Source: Clostridia bacterium (GTDB lineage Bacteria; Bacillota; Clostridia; TANB77; CAG-508). From it: DNA of 51,702 nucleotides. A program made the position numbers and the translations under genes. The notes beneath the pieces were generated by a model. It made no database searches. It was not told the DNA's origin and saw only the letters and a list, made by a program, of their open reading frames with translations. Shown here in pieces: positions 20,836-30,681 of this stretch. The DNA is taken from NCBI GenBank assembly GCA_051891195.1, contig JBJFEZ010000020.1:1-51702 (forward strand). The letters run 5' to 3'. The first letter of the stretch is position 1; every line of letters begins with the position of its first letter.

Positions 20836-22432
20836 AGTTATAAATCATATAATCAATTTCAGGAAAAATGCAATCCTTTTCTTCAATATCTTCTAAAAAT
20901 TCAATATACTCATCATCAATTTTATTTTGCATAAGCCCATTATACAATTTAGTAAATCTGCCAACATGGTCTTTAATACGTTTTTTGGCATAATCTACCA
21001 TTGTTCCATTAGTAATAATAAATAACCAATCACTACTTTGAGCAAGTAGCACCTCTCTAGCACACTGGTTTAAAGCTCTTTTCCTAATTTCATTTTGCTC
21101 ATTTGGAAATGTATTAGCTAATTCTACCATTTGATCCCCAATTTTATGCAAATGCCTATGTGCATAATCATTACTATGGTTTAACCATACTTCACTATAA
21201 CCATTAGCACCCCAACTAGAACGACAAGGAGTACTAATTTGCATTAATGGATATTTATCTATATATTCACTAGGAGTAATTAACTTAAAATTACAATCAT
21301 CATAATAAACTTTTTTAAATAAAGTGTATAACCAATCTGGACCTTCATACCACCAATGACCATAAAGTTCTGCATCATATGGGCAAACTATAATAGGAGG
21401 ATTAGTAGTAAGTGAAGCAAGATTATTAATTTGGTTTACTCTACTGTCAAAAAAATGACCAGCTTGCTTTTCAACAGAATCCTTAGCCCATTGCAAATTA
21501 TAGTAGTCTTTTTCACAGTTCTTTCCAGTAATACGGTAATACTTTAAACCAGTATGAACTCTAGCACCATTTGAAGCAATATATGGTTTAATATAATCGT
21601 ATGGAGCATCATAACCAATATCTCTATAAAATTCTCTGTAATTAAAATCTCCAGGATAGCCATTAATAGAACTCCAAACTTGTCTTGAAGACTCAATATC
21701 ACGCCCAAAAGCAATAATATCATTTGGGGAAACAATAGGAGCAAAAGTACCATAAATAGGGGTAGGGTTTGCATATAAAATTCCGTGTGATTCTGTAATA
21801 ATATACTTAATACCAAATTCTTTTAAATATTTATCTGCTTCTGGAATATAACCACATTCAGGAAGCCAAATACCATTAGGCTTTTTTCCAAAATATTTTT
21901 CATAAGTTTGAACACCAACAGCAATTTGAGCTCTTACAGTCTTTTCATTTACATATAAAATAGGAAAATATCCGTGAGTAGCTCCACAAGTAATAATTTC
22001 TAAAACACCAATATCTTGAAAATGTTTAAAACCTTCAATTAAATTACAATTATATACTTCTTTAAACAAATACAAATCATTAGAATAGCGATTAAAATAA
22101 TATTTAGCAAGTTCATTTTCTTTATAATTATCTTTAGTTCTAACTATTTCTTTTTCTGCAAGTTCTATGTGCTTTTTTAAATATTTTATATAACGCTTTT
22201 GCAAAAGCTTATTATCCAACATATTTAAAAGAGGAGGAGTTATTGACATTGTTATACGAAAGTCAACTCTTTCCTTCTCTAACTTTTTAAAATTGGTTAG
22301 CAATGGCAAATATGTTTCTGAAATTGCTTCATAAAGCCATTGCTCTTCCAAATAATCTTCACTTTCGGGATGATGAATAAAAGGCAAGTGAGCGTGTAAT
22401 ATAAAACTAACATATCCTTTTTCTTTAGACAT
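20834..22432 (-). CDS. GH57 family 1,4-alpha-glucan branching enzyme
   Basis: LHAHLP, GIWLPEC, PYDAELYGHWWYEG, LLAQSSDW. Confidence 0.92.
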   Translation of the reverse strand: MSKEKGYVSFILHAHLPFIHHPESEDYLEEQWLYEAISETYLPLLTNFKKLEKERVDFRITMSITPPLLNMLDNKLLQKRYIKYLKKHIELAEKEIVRTKDNYKENELAKYYFNRYSNDLYLFKEVYNCNLIEGFKHFQDIGVLEIITCGATHGYFPILYVNEKTVRAQIAVGVQTYEKYFGKKPNGIWLPECGYIPEADKYLKEFGIKYIITESHGILYANPTPIYGTFAPIVSPNDIIAFGRDIESSRQVWSSINGYPGDFNYREFYRDIGYDAPYDYIKPYIASNGARVHTGLKYYRITGKNCEKDYYNLQWAKDSVEKQAGHFFDSRVNQINNLASLTTNPPIIVCPYDAELYGHWWYEGPDWLYTLFKKVYYDDCNFKLITPSEYIDKYPLMQISTPCRSSWGANGYSEVWLNHSNDYAHRHLHKIGDQMVELANTFPNEQNEIRKRALNQCAREVLLAQSSDWLFIITNGTMVDYAKKRIKDHVGRFTKLYNGLMQNKIDDEYIEFLEDIEEKDCIFPEIDYMIYN

Positions 22433-22452
22433 AATTTTTTCTCTCCAATCAA

Positions 22453-23370
22453 TTAAGATGACATCTTAGAAGAAGTTAAATTTTCATCTAATTTATTGTC
22501 TTTTAACTCATTTTTGTATATTTCTTTATACAAGTCATAAATATTATATATTCTACCAATGTTTTGCATAAAAGATAAAGAAGCAATACTTTTTTCTTCA
22601 ATTAAGCCACTTTTTACATTTTTTAGAAATACATTTTTGCTAAAGTTTTCAAATAAAATATGGTCATTAGGTGTTTGTAAATTATTAGATGAAGCAATAA
22701 AAACATAATTATGTTCAATATTAATATTGTTGTTTTTAGGCTTTCTAATTAAAGCTACATCATATTTGCAATCACTGTCTGGAATGCGAATATACCAACT
22801 ATTAGCATAATCGTTTATTTCTACTTCAAAACTGTAATTCTTAGATTTATTAGTAACAACTAAAAAAGGACTAGTATTATTAAAAAAATCTTCTCCATAA
22901 CTATTAATAAAGTTTTGAGTATCTTCTACAGAAACATCCCAATATGCAAATAAAATAGTAGGAGTTTGAGCTAATATCTTTACAATAGTTTGATTATAAC
23001 TATTAGGCAAATCGTAATATTCTACAGGGAAAGACGCTTTTTTGCTAGTTTTAGTAGTCTTCTTTGCAGTATTACTAGTGGTAGACTTTTTAACTGTACT
23101 AGATTTTTTCTCAACTTTAGTTGATGCGCTTTTCTTTGAAGTTTTAGATGTAGTAGAAGGTTTCTTAGCTTTATTTGGCTCTGACTTAGTAGCTTTTTTA
23201 ATTTCATCTAATTTAGTAGTTTTAGTATTCTTTTTTGTTACAGTTTTGGATGCCTTTTCCGTTTTCTCCTTAGATTTTTTAGAAGCTTCAGAAGTAGAAC
23301 TTCTTTTTTTAGTAACTTTAACATTTAAATTTTCTTTTTTTATTAATTCCTCTTTTGCTTTTTTTGGCAT
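22453..23370 (-). CDS. DUF4912 domain protein with Lys/Thr/Ser-rich N-terminus
   Basis: LPNSYNQT..ILAQTP..LFAYWD, NSWY, SNNLQTP; adjacent to GH57. Confidence 0.8.
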   Translation of the reverse strand: MPKKAKEELIKKENLNVKVTKKRSSTSEASKKSKEKTEKASKTVTKKNTKTTKLDEIKKATKSEPNKAKKPSTTSKTSKKSASTKVEKKSSTVKKSTTSNTAKKTTKTSKKASFPVEYYDLPNSYNQTIVKILAQTPTILFAYWDVSVEDTQNFINSYGEDFFNNTSPFLVVTNKSKNYSFEVEINDYANSWYIRIPDSDCKYDVALIRKPKNNNINIEHNYVFIASSNNLQTPNDHILFENFSKNVFLKNVKSGLIEEKSIASLSFMQNIGRIYNIYDLYKEIYKNELKDNKLDENLTSSKMSS

Positions 23371-23568
23371 TTTTTCCTCCGTTTTTTTAAAACATTTATA
23401 TATCTATATTATACTATACCAAAATAAAAATAAATTCAATAGAAAATTTAAAAATAAAAAATATTTATAAAATTTTGTAAAAATATGTTTACTTTTGTCA
23501 CAAAATTATATACAATAAACACAAGAAAAAAATCAAAAGAAGAAAAAAAGGAAGGGGCAAATTTTCCA

Positions 23569-24861
23569 ATGAAAATATTAATGTTAACATGGGAATATCC
23601 ACCAAGAATAGTTGGAGGAATAGCAAGAGTAGTACACGACTTATCTAAAAGACTTATTAAAGATGGACACGAAGTAACTGTAATTACCTATAAAGAAGGT
23701 GATTTACCAGAATATGAAAATGATAAAGGTGTAGAAGTATATCGCGTAGAAAATTATATAATACATCCAAACAATTTTATAGACTGGATTTTACAATTAA
23801 ACTTTAACTTAGTAGCAAAAGCTACAGAAATAATGAACAAAAATGGAAAATTTGATGTAATACACGCACACGATTGGCTAGTAGCTTCAAGTGCAAAAAC
23901 ATTAAAACAATCTTTTCAAATACCATTGGTGTCAACAATACACGCTACAGAAGCAGGAAGAAATTCAGGAATTCACGATGAAACTCAAAGATATATAAAT
24001 GATACAGAATGGCTTTTAACATATGAATCTACAGAAGTTATAGTTAATAGCAATTTTATGAAAGGACATATACAATCACTATTTGGACTTCCTTTTGATA
24101 AAATTAATGTGGTACCAAATGGAATAAATTTAAATAATTTTAACGGAGTAGAAAGAGATTACGAATTTAGAAGACAATATGCAATGGACAATGAAAAAAT
24201 TATTTTATATGTTGGAAGACTAGTTTATGAAAAAGGAATACAACATTTGATTTCTGCAATGCCAAAAATATTACATGGATATAATGATGCAAAACTAGTA
24301 ATTGCAGGAAAAGGCGGAATGCTAAATGAATTAAAAGCTCAAGCAGCAGCAATGGGAATTGCAAACAAAGTATATTTTACAGGTTATTTAAATTCTAAAC
24401 AAGTACAAAAAATGTATAAATGTGCTGATGTAGCAGTGTTCCCAAGCACATACGAACCATTTGGAATTGTTGCATTAGAGGGAATGCTTGCAGGAGTTCC
24501 AACTGTTGTATCAGATGTTGGCGGATTAAATGAAATAGTAGATCATAGAATAAATGGAATGAAAAGTTATGCAGGAAATCCAAACTCTATAGCAGATTCT
24601 GTACTAAGTGTACTATATGATAAACAATTAGCTACCAATATATCTAAAAAAGCAAAGCAAAAAGTAAAAGAAGAGTTTAATTGGAATAAAATTGCCCAAG
24701 ATACACATTATATATATGAAAAAGCAATTTGCAAAACAGTTGCTGAAAAACAAAAACAAGAAATTGCACAAGAAAATGCTAAAAAAGCTAAAAAGGCAAA
24801 TAATACAGAAACAGAAATTACAAATTTACTTAGTTTTCAAAAGAAACATGCTTATGCATAA
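23569..24861 (+). CDS. GT4 glycosyltransferase
   Basis: MKILMLTWEYPP..VGG, HAHDW, YEPFGIVALE. Start moved to ATG 23569. Confidence 0.92.
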   Translation: MKILMLTWEYPPRIVGGIARVVHDLSKRLIKDGHEVTVITYKEGDLPEYENDKGVEVYRVENYIIHPNNFIDWILQLNFNLVAKATEIMNKNGKFDVIHAHDWLVASSAKTLKQSFQIPLVSTIHATEAGRNSGIHDETQRYINDTEWLLTYESTEVIVNSNFMKGHIQSLFGLPFDKINVVPNGINLNNFNGVERDYEFRRQYAMDNEKIILYVGRLVYEKGIQHLISAMPKILHGYNDAKLVIAGKGGMLNELKAQAAAMGIANKVYFTGYLNSKQVQKMYKCADVAVFPSTYEPFGIVALEGMLAGVPTVVSDVGGLNEIVDHRINGMKSYAGNPNSIADSVLSVLYDKQLATNISKKAKQKVKEEFNWNKIAQDTHYIYEKAICKTVAEKQKQEIAQENAKKAKKANNTETEITNLLSFQKKHAYA

Positions 24862-24882
24862 AAATAAGGAGGAAATATTATT

Positions 24883-25215
24883 ATGCAAGTTTATGACACT
24901 GCAAACCGTTTAGCACAAGAGATAAGAGAGTCAGAAGAATATAAACAATATAAAAAAAGAAAAGATGAAATACATAATGACCCTGCTAAAAAACAAAAGG
25001 TGGAAGAATTTGAAAAACTAAGATACGAAGTACAATTAATGGCATATACTGGAGAAGAAAAAAACGAAGAAAAAAACAAAAAATTAGAAGAAATGTATGC
25101 TACTTTAGTTGAAAACAAAGATATTAAAGAATACTTTGATTTAGAAGTTAAGTTTAATATTATGATAGCAGATGTAAACAAAATAATTGCAGAAGCAATT
25201 AAAGATGTTTTATAA
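24883..25215 (+). CDS. YlbF/YheA/YmcA family protein
   Basis: VYDTANRLAQEIRESEEY, helical, 110 aa, AGGAGG RBS. Confidence 0.85.
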   Translation: MQVYDTANRLAQEIRESEEYKQYKKRKDEIHNDPAKKQKVEEFEKLRYEVQLMAYTGEEKNEEKNKKLEEMYATLVENKDIKEYFDLEVKFNIMIADVNKIIAEAIKDVL

Positions 25216-25310
25216 TTTAAGAATTTTAAAAATTTTGTCGTTAAGAAAGTTTTATAATAATAAAGCTTTTTTAACGACTTTATTCTTAGGTATGCAAAGG
25301 AGAACAAATT

Positions 25311-26012
25311 ATGCAATATGTAGCTATTATTATAATTAGCATTATAACATTAATAATTCTAAAATTTGCTTGGAATATAAAAATAAAAGATATAAAAAAA
25401 ATAAAAGAATTAGGTTATAACAAAGATTTAAATCAAATAACAAATAAATTACCAGAAAATAAAGAAATATGCAAAAACATATTAAAAAAATTAAATAACG
25501 AAAAAGTAAAAATAGAAAAAGACAATAATAATAAAACAAGTTTATATTTAGTGCTGTCAGATTCTATTTTAATAGCAAATATAAAAGACACCTTCACACG
25601 AGTACAAACTATAGCACATGAATGTTTACACTCTATTCAAAACAGAAAAATACTAATTTTTAATTTTGTATTTTCAAATATATATTTTATTTATTTTATA
25701 GTTGTATGTATTTTAGGCATATTAAAAATAAGCAAAAATTTTGAAATATTAAGTTTGTTTATATTAATAATGGCTAGTTTTGTACATTATACAATACGTA
25801 GTTATTTAGAAATGGATGCTATGACAAAAGCTAAGCCTTTAGCAAAAGAATATATGGAAGAAGAAGGAAGTTTAAACAAAGAAGAACAAAAAGAAATATT
25901 AGAAAATTATGAAATAATAAATGACATAGGAATAAAGCTAACAAATTATATATTAATTGCTAAATGTATTTTTAAATTGATAATGTATTTATTAATACTA
26001 ATTATATTTTAA
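25311..26012 (+). CDS. Membrane zinc metallopeptidase (YugP-like)
   Basis: IAHECLHSIQ, LEMDA and several TM segments. Confidence 0.7.
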   Translation: MQYVAIIIISIITLIILKFAWNIKIKDIKKIKELGYNKDLNQITNKLPENKEICKNILKKLNNEKVKIEKDNNNKTSLYLVLSDSILIANIKDTFTRVQTIAHECLHSIQNRKILIFNFVFSNIYFIYFIVVCILGILKISKNFEILSLFILIMASFVHYTIRSYLEMDAMTKAKPLAKEYMEEEGSLNKEEQKEILENYEIINDIGIKLTNYILIAKCIFKLIMYLLILIIF

Positions 26013-26045
26013 ATTCAAAACATAAAAATTTGTTATAATTAACAG

Positions 26046-26229
26046 CCTACTAGTATATAAGACTATAAATATGTTAGTTTATTCGCATAACATTCCTACG
26101 TAAGAAATAGTAAGCCAATTTTACGCAGTTCTATTACAGTGTAAAATTGGCTAACTCTTTCTAACTTGTCATTCTTCGAACCACTTGTATGCTCTAAACT
26201 AACATATTTATAGTCTTATATGTAAGTAG
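26046..26229. repeat. Palindromic dispersed repeat, copy 2
   Basis: Perfect 27-bp inverted arms (26055-26081 and 26195-26221). Core differs from copy 1 by one substitution and one 1-nt indel. Confidence 0.9.
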
Positions 26230-26274
26230 TAACATAAATTTTAAAAGTAACAATAAAGTTTTTAAAAAATGCTA

Positions 26275-26303
26275 TTGCATTTTTTAAAAACTTATAGTAA
26301 CAT
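26275..26303 (+). promoter_or_regulatory. Putative sigma-A promoter of the uracil permease leader
   Basis: TTGCAT, 17-nt spacer, TAACAT. Confidence 0.55.
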
Positions 26304-26324
26304 ATTCTTCAAGAGGTACAAAAA

Positions 26325-26447
26325 ATGACAAATTTTTTAGGAAATAAATTAAAAAATATAAAATCAGCAATTAATAAAATTGCTATCTTTACTATTTTTA
26401 TTTTACTTTTTCCTATTGTATATAATTTAAAAATTTTAAAACACTAA
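26325..26447 (+). CDS. Putative 40-aa leader peptide (pyrL-like)
   Basis: AAGAGG RBS; MTNFLGNKLKNIKSAINKIAIFTIFILLFPIVYNLKILKH*; stop codon lies within the terminator 5' arm. Confidence 0.55.
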   Translation: MTNFLGNKLKNIKSAINKIAIFTIFILLFPIVYNLKILKH

Positions 26448-26468
26448 TATTTTCTATTAGTGTTTTTT
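26438..26468 (+). terminator. Attenuator/terminator upstream of uracil permease
   Basis: AAAACACTAATA-TTTTC-TATTAGTGTTTTTT. Confidence 0.75.
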
Positions 26469-26531
26469 ATTGCTTAAAAAACTATACAAATTTGTCATAA
26501 GTACAAAATATTAATAAAATAAAGGGAGGAT

Positions 26532-27878
26532 TTGTTTATGAACGAAAGCAAAATGGTTTTAGATGTAAACGAAAAACCAACAATTACAAAATGGATTATT
26601 CTTGCAATTCAACACGTATTTGCTATGTTTGGTGCAACTATTTTAGTACCAATATTAGTAAACTCGGCAGCAGGAGAAACAGTACTTACAATACCTGTAG
26701 CACTAGTAACATCAGGAATAGGAACTTTAATTTACATACTATGTACAAAAGGAAAATCACCAGTATATTTAGGAAGCTCTTTTGCATTTATTGCACCACT
26801 TGTAGCAGCATTTGTAAAAGGTGGAATTTCTGGAGCAATGACAGGAATTATGGTAGTAGGTTTAATTTATGTAGTAGTAGCTATAATTATTAAATTTACA
26901 GGAAAAGAATGGCTTCATAAAATATTACCACCACTTGTTATTGGACCAATGATTATGATTATTGGCTTAGGGTTAGCACCAAGTGCTATATCTCAAATAG
27001 GCTTATCAACAGGAACACCTATTGAATGGAAAGGTGTACTAGTTGCAACAGTTTCATTTTTAGTAACAGCAATTATTATGACAAAAGCTAAAGGATTTTT
27101 AAAAATAGTTCCATTTTTAGTAGGAATTGTATCGGGATATATATTATCAATTTGCTTAGGATTAGTAGACTTTACACCTATAGCAGAAGCAGGATTCTTT
27201 AGTATGCCAAAATTTATATTACCATTTAAAGACTATGCTTTGAATTTTGGCGCTATACTAACAATAGCACCTATAGCATTAGTAACTATGGCAGAACATA
27301 TAGGAGACCACACTGCTTTAAGTGCTATAATAAATAAAGATTTATTAAAAGACCCGGGATTAGATAAAACATTATTAGGAGATGGTATTGCCACATTTGT
27401 TGCAGGACTATTAGGAGGACCTGCTAATACAACTTATGGAGAAAACACATCAGTAGTAGGTATGACAAAAGTAGCTTCGGTTTGGGTAATTGGGCTAGCA
27501 GCAGTTATTGCAATAGGATTAGGATTTTTAGGAAAATTTACAGCAATAGTTTCTAGTATTCCACAGCCAGTATTAGGAGGAGTCTCTTTGCTATTATATG
27601 GATTTATTGCAGTAAATGGATTAAAGGTACTTATTAAAAATCAAATAGACTTTGAAGAACCAAAAAATGTAGTTGTTGCATCTACAATGCTAGTTCTAGG
27701 ACTAGGTGGAGCAGCAATATCTATAATTAGTGGAGACTTATCAGTAACTATTTCAGGAATGAGTTTAGCAGCTGTAATTGGCATATTGTTAAATCTTTGT
27801 ATTCCTAAAAATAAAAATGAAGAAGAAAAAGCAAAAAAAATTACAAGTAAAAAAGAAAAGAAAAAAATAAAAGTTTAA
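26532..27878 (+). CDS. Uracil permease (NCS2/UraA-PyrP family)
   Basis: QHVFAMFGAT, YLGSSFAF, EHIGD, PANTTYGEN. Start is TTG 26532 or ATG 26538. Confidence 0.93.
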   Translation: MFMNESKMVLDVNEKPTITKWIILAIQHVFAMFGATILVPILVNSAAGETVLTIPVALVTSGIGTLIYILCTKGKSPVYLGSSFAFIAPLVAAFVKGGISGAMTGIMVVGLIYVVVAIIIKFTGKEWLHKILPPLVIGPMIMIIGLGLAPSAISQIGLSTGTPIEWKGVLVATVSFLVTAIIMTKAKGFLKIVPFLVGIVSGYILSICLGLVDFTPIAEAGFFSMPKFILPFKDYALNFGAILTIAPIALVTMAEHIGDHTALSAIINKDLLKDPGLDKTLLGDGIATFVAGLLGGPANTTYGENTSVVGMTKVASVWVIGLAAVIAIGLGFLGKFTAIVSSIPQPVLGGVSLLLYGFIAVNGLKVLIKNQIDFEEPKNVVVASTMLVLGLGGAAISIISGDLSVTISGMSLAAVIGILLNLCIPKNKNEEEKAKKITSKKEKKKIKV

Positions 27879-27896
27879 AAAGGAAAGGAATAAAAA

Positions 27897-28523
27897 ATGG
27901 AAGTAATAGAATTAAACCACCCTTTAATAGAACATAAATTAGCAATTTTAAGAGATAAAAAAACAGGAACAAAAGAATTTAGAGAATTAGTAAGTGAAAT
28001 AGCAATGTTTTTATGCTATGAAGCTATGTCAGAAGCTGAGCTAGAAGAAGTAGAAATAGAAACACCTATAACAAGCTTAAAAACTCAAAAATTAAATGAA
28101 GATAAATATGCCTTTGTTCCAATATTAAGAGCAGGAATGGGGATGCTAGAAGGAATTACAAGAGTAATACCAAATGCAAAAATTGGTCATATTGGAATGT
28201 ACAGAAATGAAGAAACTTTTGAACCAGTAAACTACTACTTTAAAGTTCCAAAAGGAATAGAAAATAAAGAAGTAATTATATTAGACCCAATGCTTGCAAC
28301 AGGAGGTTCTGCAGTAGATGCTATAGAACTGTTAAAAAGCAAGGGGGTTACTAAAATGAAATTCTTGTGCGTAATTGCTGCCCCAGAAGGAATTAAAAGA
28401 GTACAAAAAGAACATCCTGATGTACAAATTTATTGTGCACATATAGATGATCATTTAAATGAAAATAAATATATAGTTCCAGGATTAGGAGACGCTGGAG
28501 ACAGAATTTTTGGAACAAAATAA
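27897..28523 (+). CDS. upp: Uracil phosphoribosyltransferase
   Basis: [28 protein letters not shown]. Confidence 0.98.
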   Translation: MEVIELNHPLIEHKLAILRDKKTGTKEFRELVSEIAMFLCYEAMSEAELEEVEIETPITSLKTQKLNEDKYAFVPILRAGMGMLEGITRVIPNAKIGHIGMYRNEETFEPVNYYFKVPKGIENKEVIILDPMLATGGSAVDAIELLKSKGVTKMKFLCVIAAPEGIKRVQKEHPDVQIYCAHIDDHLNENKYIVPGLGDAGDRIFGTK

Positions 28524-28639
28524 GAGTAAAAATGTCATTGAAAAAATGACATTTTTTTATCTATTATATTGAAGAAAATAGTTTTTAAATATATAATAAA
28601 GAAGTAATGAAAATTATAATTTTGAAGGGAGAAAATATA

Positions 28640-29476
28640 ATGAAAATTACTAAAGTTGAAGCATTAGCCAATATTGCAAATGATATTAGAATAGGCATAA
28701 TAGAACAAGTATATAATGCAAACTCTGGACATCCAGGAGGCTCACTTTCTTGTGCAGATATTTTATCTGTTCTATATTTTAATCAAATGAATATAGACCC
28801 TAAAAATCCAAATGCAAATGGAAGAGACAGATTTGTACTATCAAAGGGACATTGCTCGCCAGCGTTATATGCAACACTTGCAAGAAAAGGATATTTTAAT
28901 AAAGAACTTTTAAAAAGTTTTAGAAAAATAGAAAGTAACTTACAAGGACATCCAGATATGAAAAAGGTGCCAGGAGTAGATATGACAACAGGATCCTTAG
29001 GACAAGGATTATCAGCAGCTGTGGGAATGGCTATTTCATCTAAACTTAATCACGATGGATATAGAGTATATTGCTTATTAGGAGATGGAGAAATACAAGA
29101 AGGACAAGTGTGGGAAGCTGCAATGTCTGCAAGCAAAAATAAGCTAGATAATTTATGTGCTATAGTTGATTACAATCACTTACAAATAGATGGAAGCATA
29201 GAAGATGTAGCAGGACTAACAGAAATAAGAGAAAAATTTGAGGCATTTGGATTTAATGTTATTGAAGTAGATGGACACAACATACAAGAATTAATAAATG
29301 CATTTAATGCTGCAAAACATAAAAAAGGTGTACCAAGTGTTATAATAGCACATACCATAAAAGGTAAAGGGGTTTCTTTTATGGAAGAAAAAGCAGAATG
29401 GCACGGAAAAGCGCCAAATGAAGAAGAGTATGAACAGGCTATTAATGAACTTAAACTTCAACACATTATTGGATAA
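28640..29476 (+). CDS. Transketolase, N-terminal subunit
   Basis: SGHPGGSLS, RDRFVLSKGH, GSLGQG, GDGE..EG. Start moved to ATG 28640. Confidence 0.93.
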   Translation: MKITKVEALANIANDIRIGIIEQVYNANSGHPGGSLSCADILSVLYFNQMNIDPKNPNANGRDRFVLSKGHCSPALYATLARKGYFNKELLKSFRKIESNLQGHPDMKKVPGVDMTTGSLGQGLSAAVGMAISSKLNHDGYRVYCLLGDGEIQEGQVWEAAMSASKNKLDNLCAIVDYNHLQIDGSIEDVAGLTEIREKFEAFGFNVIEVDGHNIQELINAFNAAKHKKGVPSVIIAHTIKGKGVSFMEEKAEWHGKAPNEEEYEQAINELKLQHIIG

Positions 29477-29503
29477 ATTTAAATAAGTGAAAGGAAAAAT
29501 ATT

Positions 29504-30433
29504 ATGAATTTAGATAAAAAAATTGCAACACGTGAAAGTTTTGGAAAAGCCTTAGTAGAACTAGGCAAAAAAAATGAAAATGTTGTTGTTTTAACTGCAG
29601 ATTTAGCAGGAGCAACTAAAACCAGTCTTTTTGAAAAAGAGTTTCCAGAAAGATTTATAAATGTAGGAATAGCAGAACAAAATATGATGGGAATAGCATC
29701 AGGATTAGCTACTTGTGGAAAAATTCCTTTTACAAGCACTTTTGCAATGTTTGCGGCAGGAAGAGCTTATGACCAAATAAGAAATGGAATAGCATATCCT
29801 AACCTTAATGTTAAAATTTGCGCTACTCATAGTGGAATTACTGTAGGAGAAGATGGAGCAACACACCAAATGCTAGAAGATTTGAGCTTAATGAGAACTA
29901 TACCTAATATGACCGTCTTATGCCCTTCAGATGATACACAAACAAAATGGGCAGTAAAAGAAATTGCTAATATTAAAGGGCCTGTATATTTAAGGCTTGC
30001 TAGAGTTTCTACTCCAGTTATATACGAAGAAAATGAAGAATTTGAAATAGGAAAAATGAAGCAAATAGGAGAAGGAAAAGATGCTACTATTTTTGCAACA
30101 GGTGTTATGGTTTCAGAAGCAATAAAAGCAAAAGAAGAGTTAGAAAAAGAAAATATAAACATACGTGTAATAGATGTACATACAATTAAACCTATTGATA
30201 GAAATATGATTATAAAATGTGCTAAAGAAACAAAAAAATTAATTACTATTGAAGACCACAGCATAATTGGAGGGCTAGGTTCTAGCATTTGCGAAGTACT
30301 ATCTGAAGAATATCCTTGCAAAGTAACAAGAATGGGAATGCAAGATCAATTTGGAAGATCTGGAAAAGCAGAAAAATTATTAAAATATTTTAAATTAGAT
30401 TATAATTCTATAATTGAAAAAGTAAAAGAATAA
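29504..30433 (+). CDS. Transketolase, C-terminal subunit
   Basis: GIAEQNM, GEDGATHQ, EDHSIIGGLG. Confidence 0.93.
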   Translation: MNLDKKIATRESFGKALVELGKKNENVVVLTADLAGATKTSLFEKEFPERFINVGIAEQNMMGIASGLATCGKIPFTSTFAMFAAGRAYDQIRNGIAYPNLNVKICATHSGITVGEDGATHQMLEDLSLMRTIPNMTVLCPSDDTQTKWAVKEIANIKGPVYLRLARVSTPVIYEENEEFEIGKMKQIGEGKDATIFATGVMVSEAIKAKEELEKENINIRVIDVHTIKPIDRNMIIKCAKETKKLITIEDHSIIGGLGSSICEVLSEEYPCKVTRMGMQDQFGRSGKAEKLLKYFKLDYNSIIEKVKE

Positions 30434-30681
30434 AATTGTAAATTTTTTGTGAATTCTTCAGCGGTTTCTACCTTGTCGGTCCCCACGAAACCACGCTCTA
30501 AAAAAGTATTATATTACTAATACTAAGATTAGTGCTTTTTAATATGGGGAGAACATTGCTCTTATGCCTTAAAAATATACCAAATATTACAATTATATTA
30601 CAAAATATAAAAATGTATTTACTTCTTAGTTTAGGTATAGTAATATAAGTTTAAGAAAATACAAAGGAGGAATTTAAAAAG

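Noticed and set aside
23042-23470. 142-aa hydrophobic + strand ORF
   Set aside because: Antisense to the Lys-rich N-terminus of the DUF4912 gene; the hydrophobicity is a mirror artefact.
14887-26229. Repeats as a CRISPR array or IS elements
   Set aside because: Copies are ~11 kb apart with no repeat-spacer periodicity, and no cas or transposase gene is in the window.
26300-26530. PyrR-binding attenuator
   Set aside because: No AGUCC/AGAGAG-type PyrR loop consensus or anti-antiterminator found by eye; an Rfam scan would settle it.
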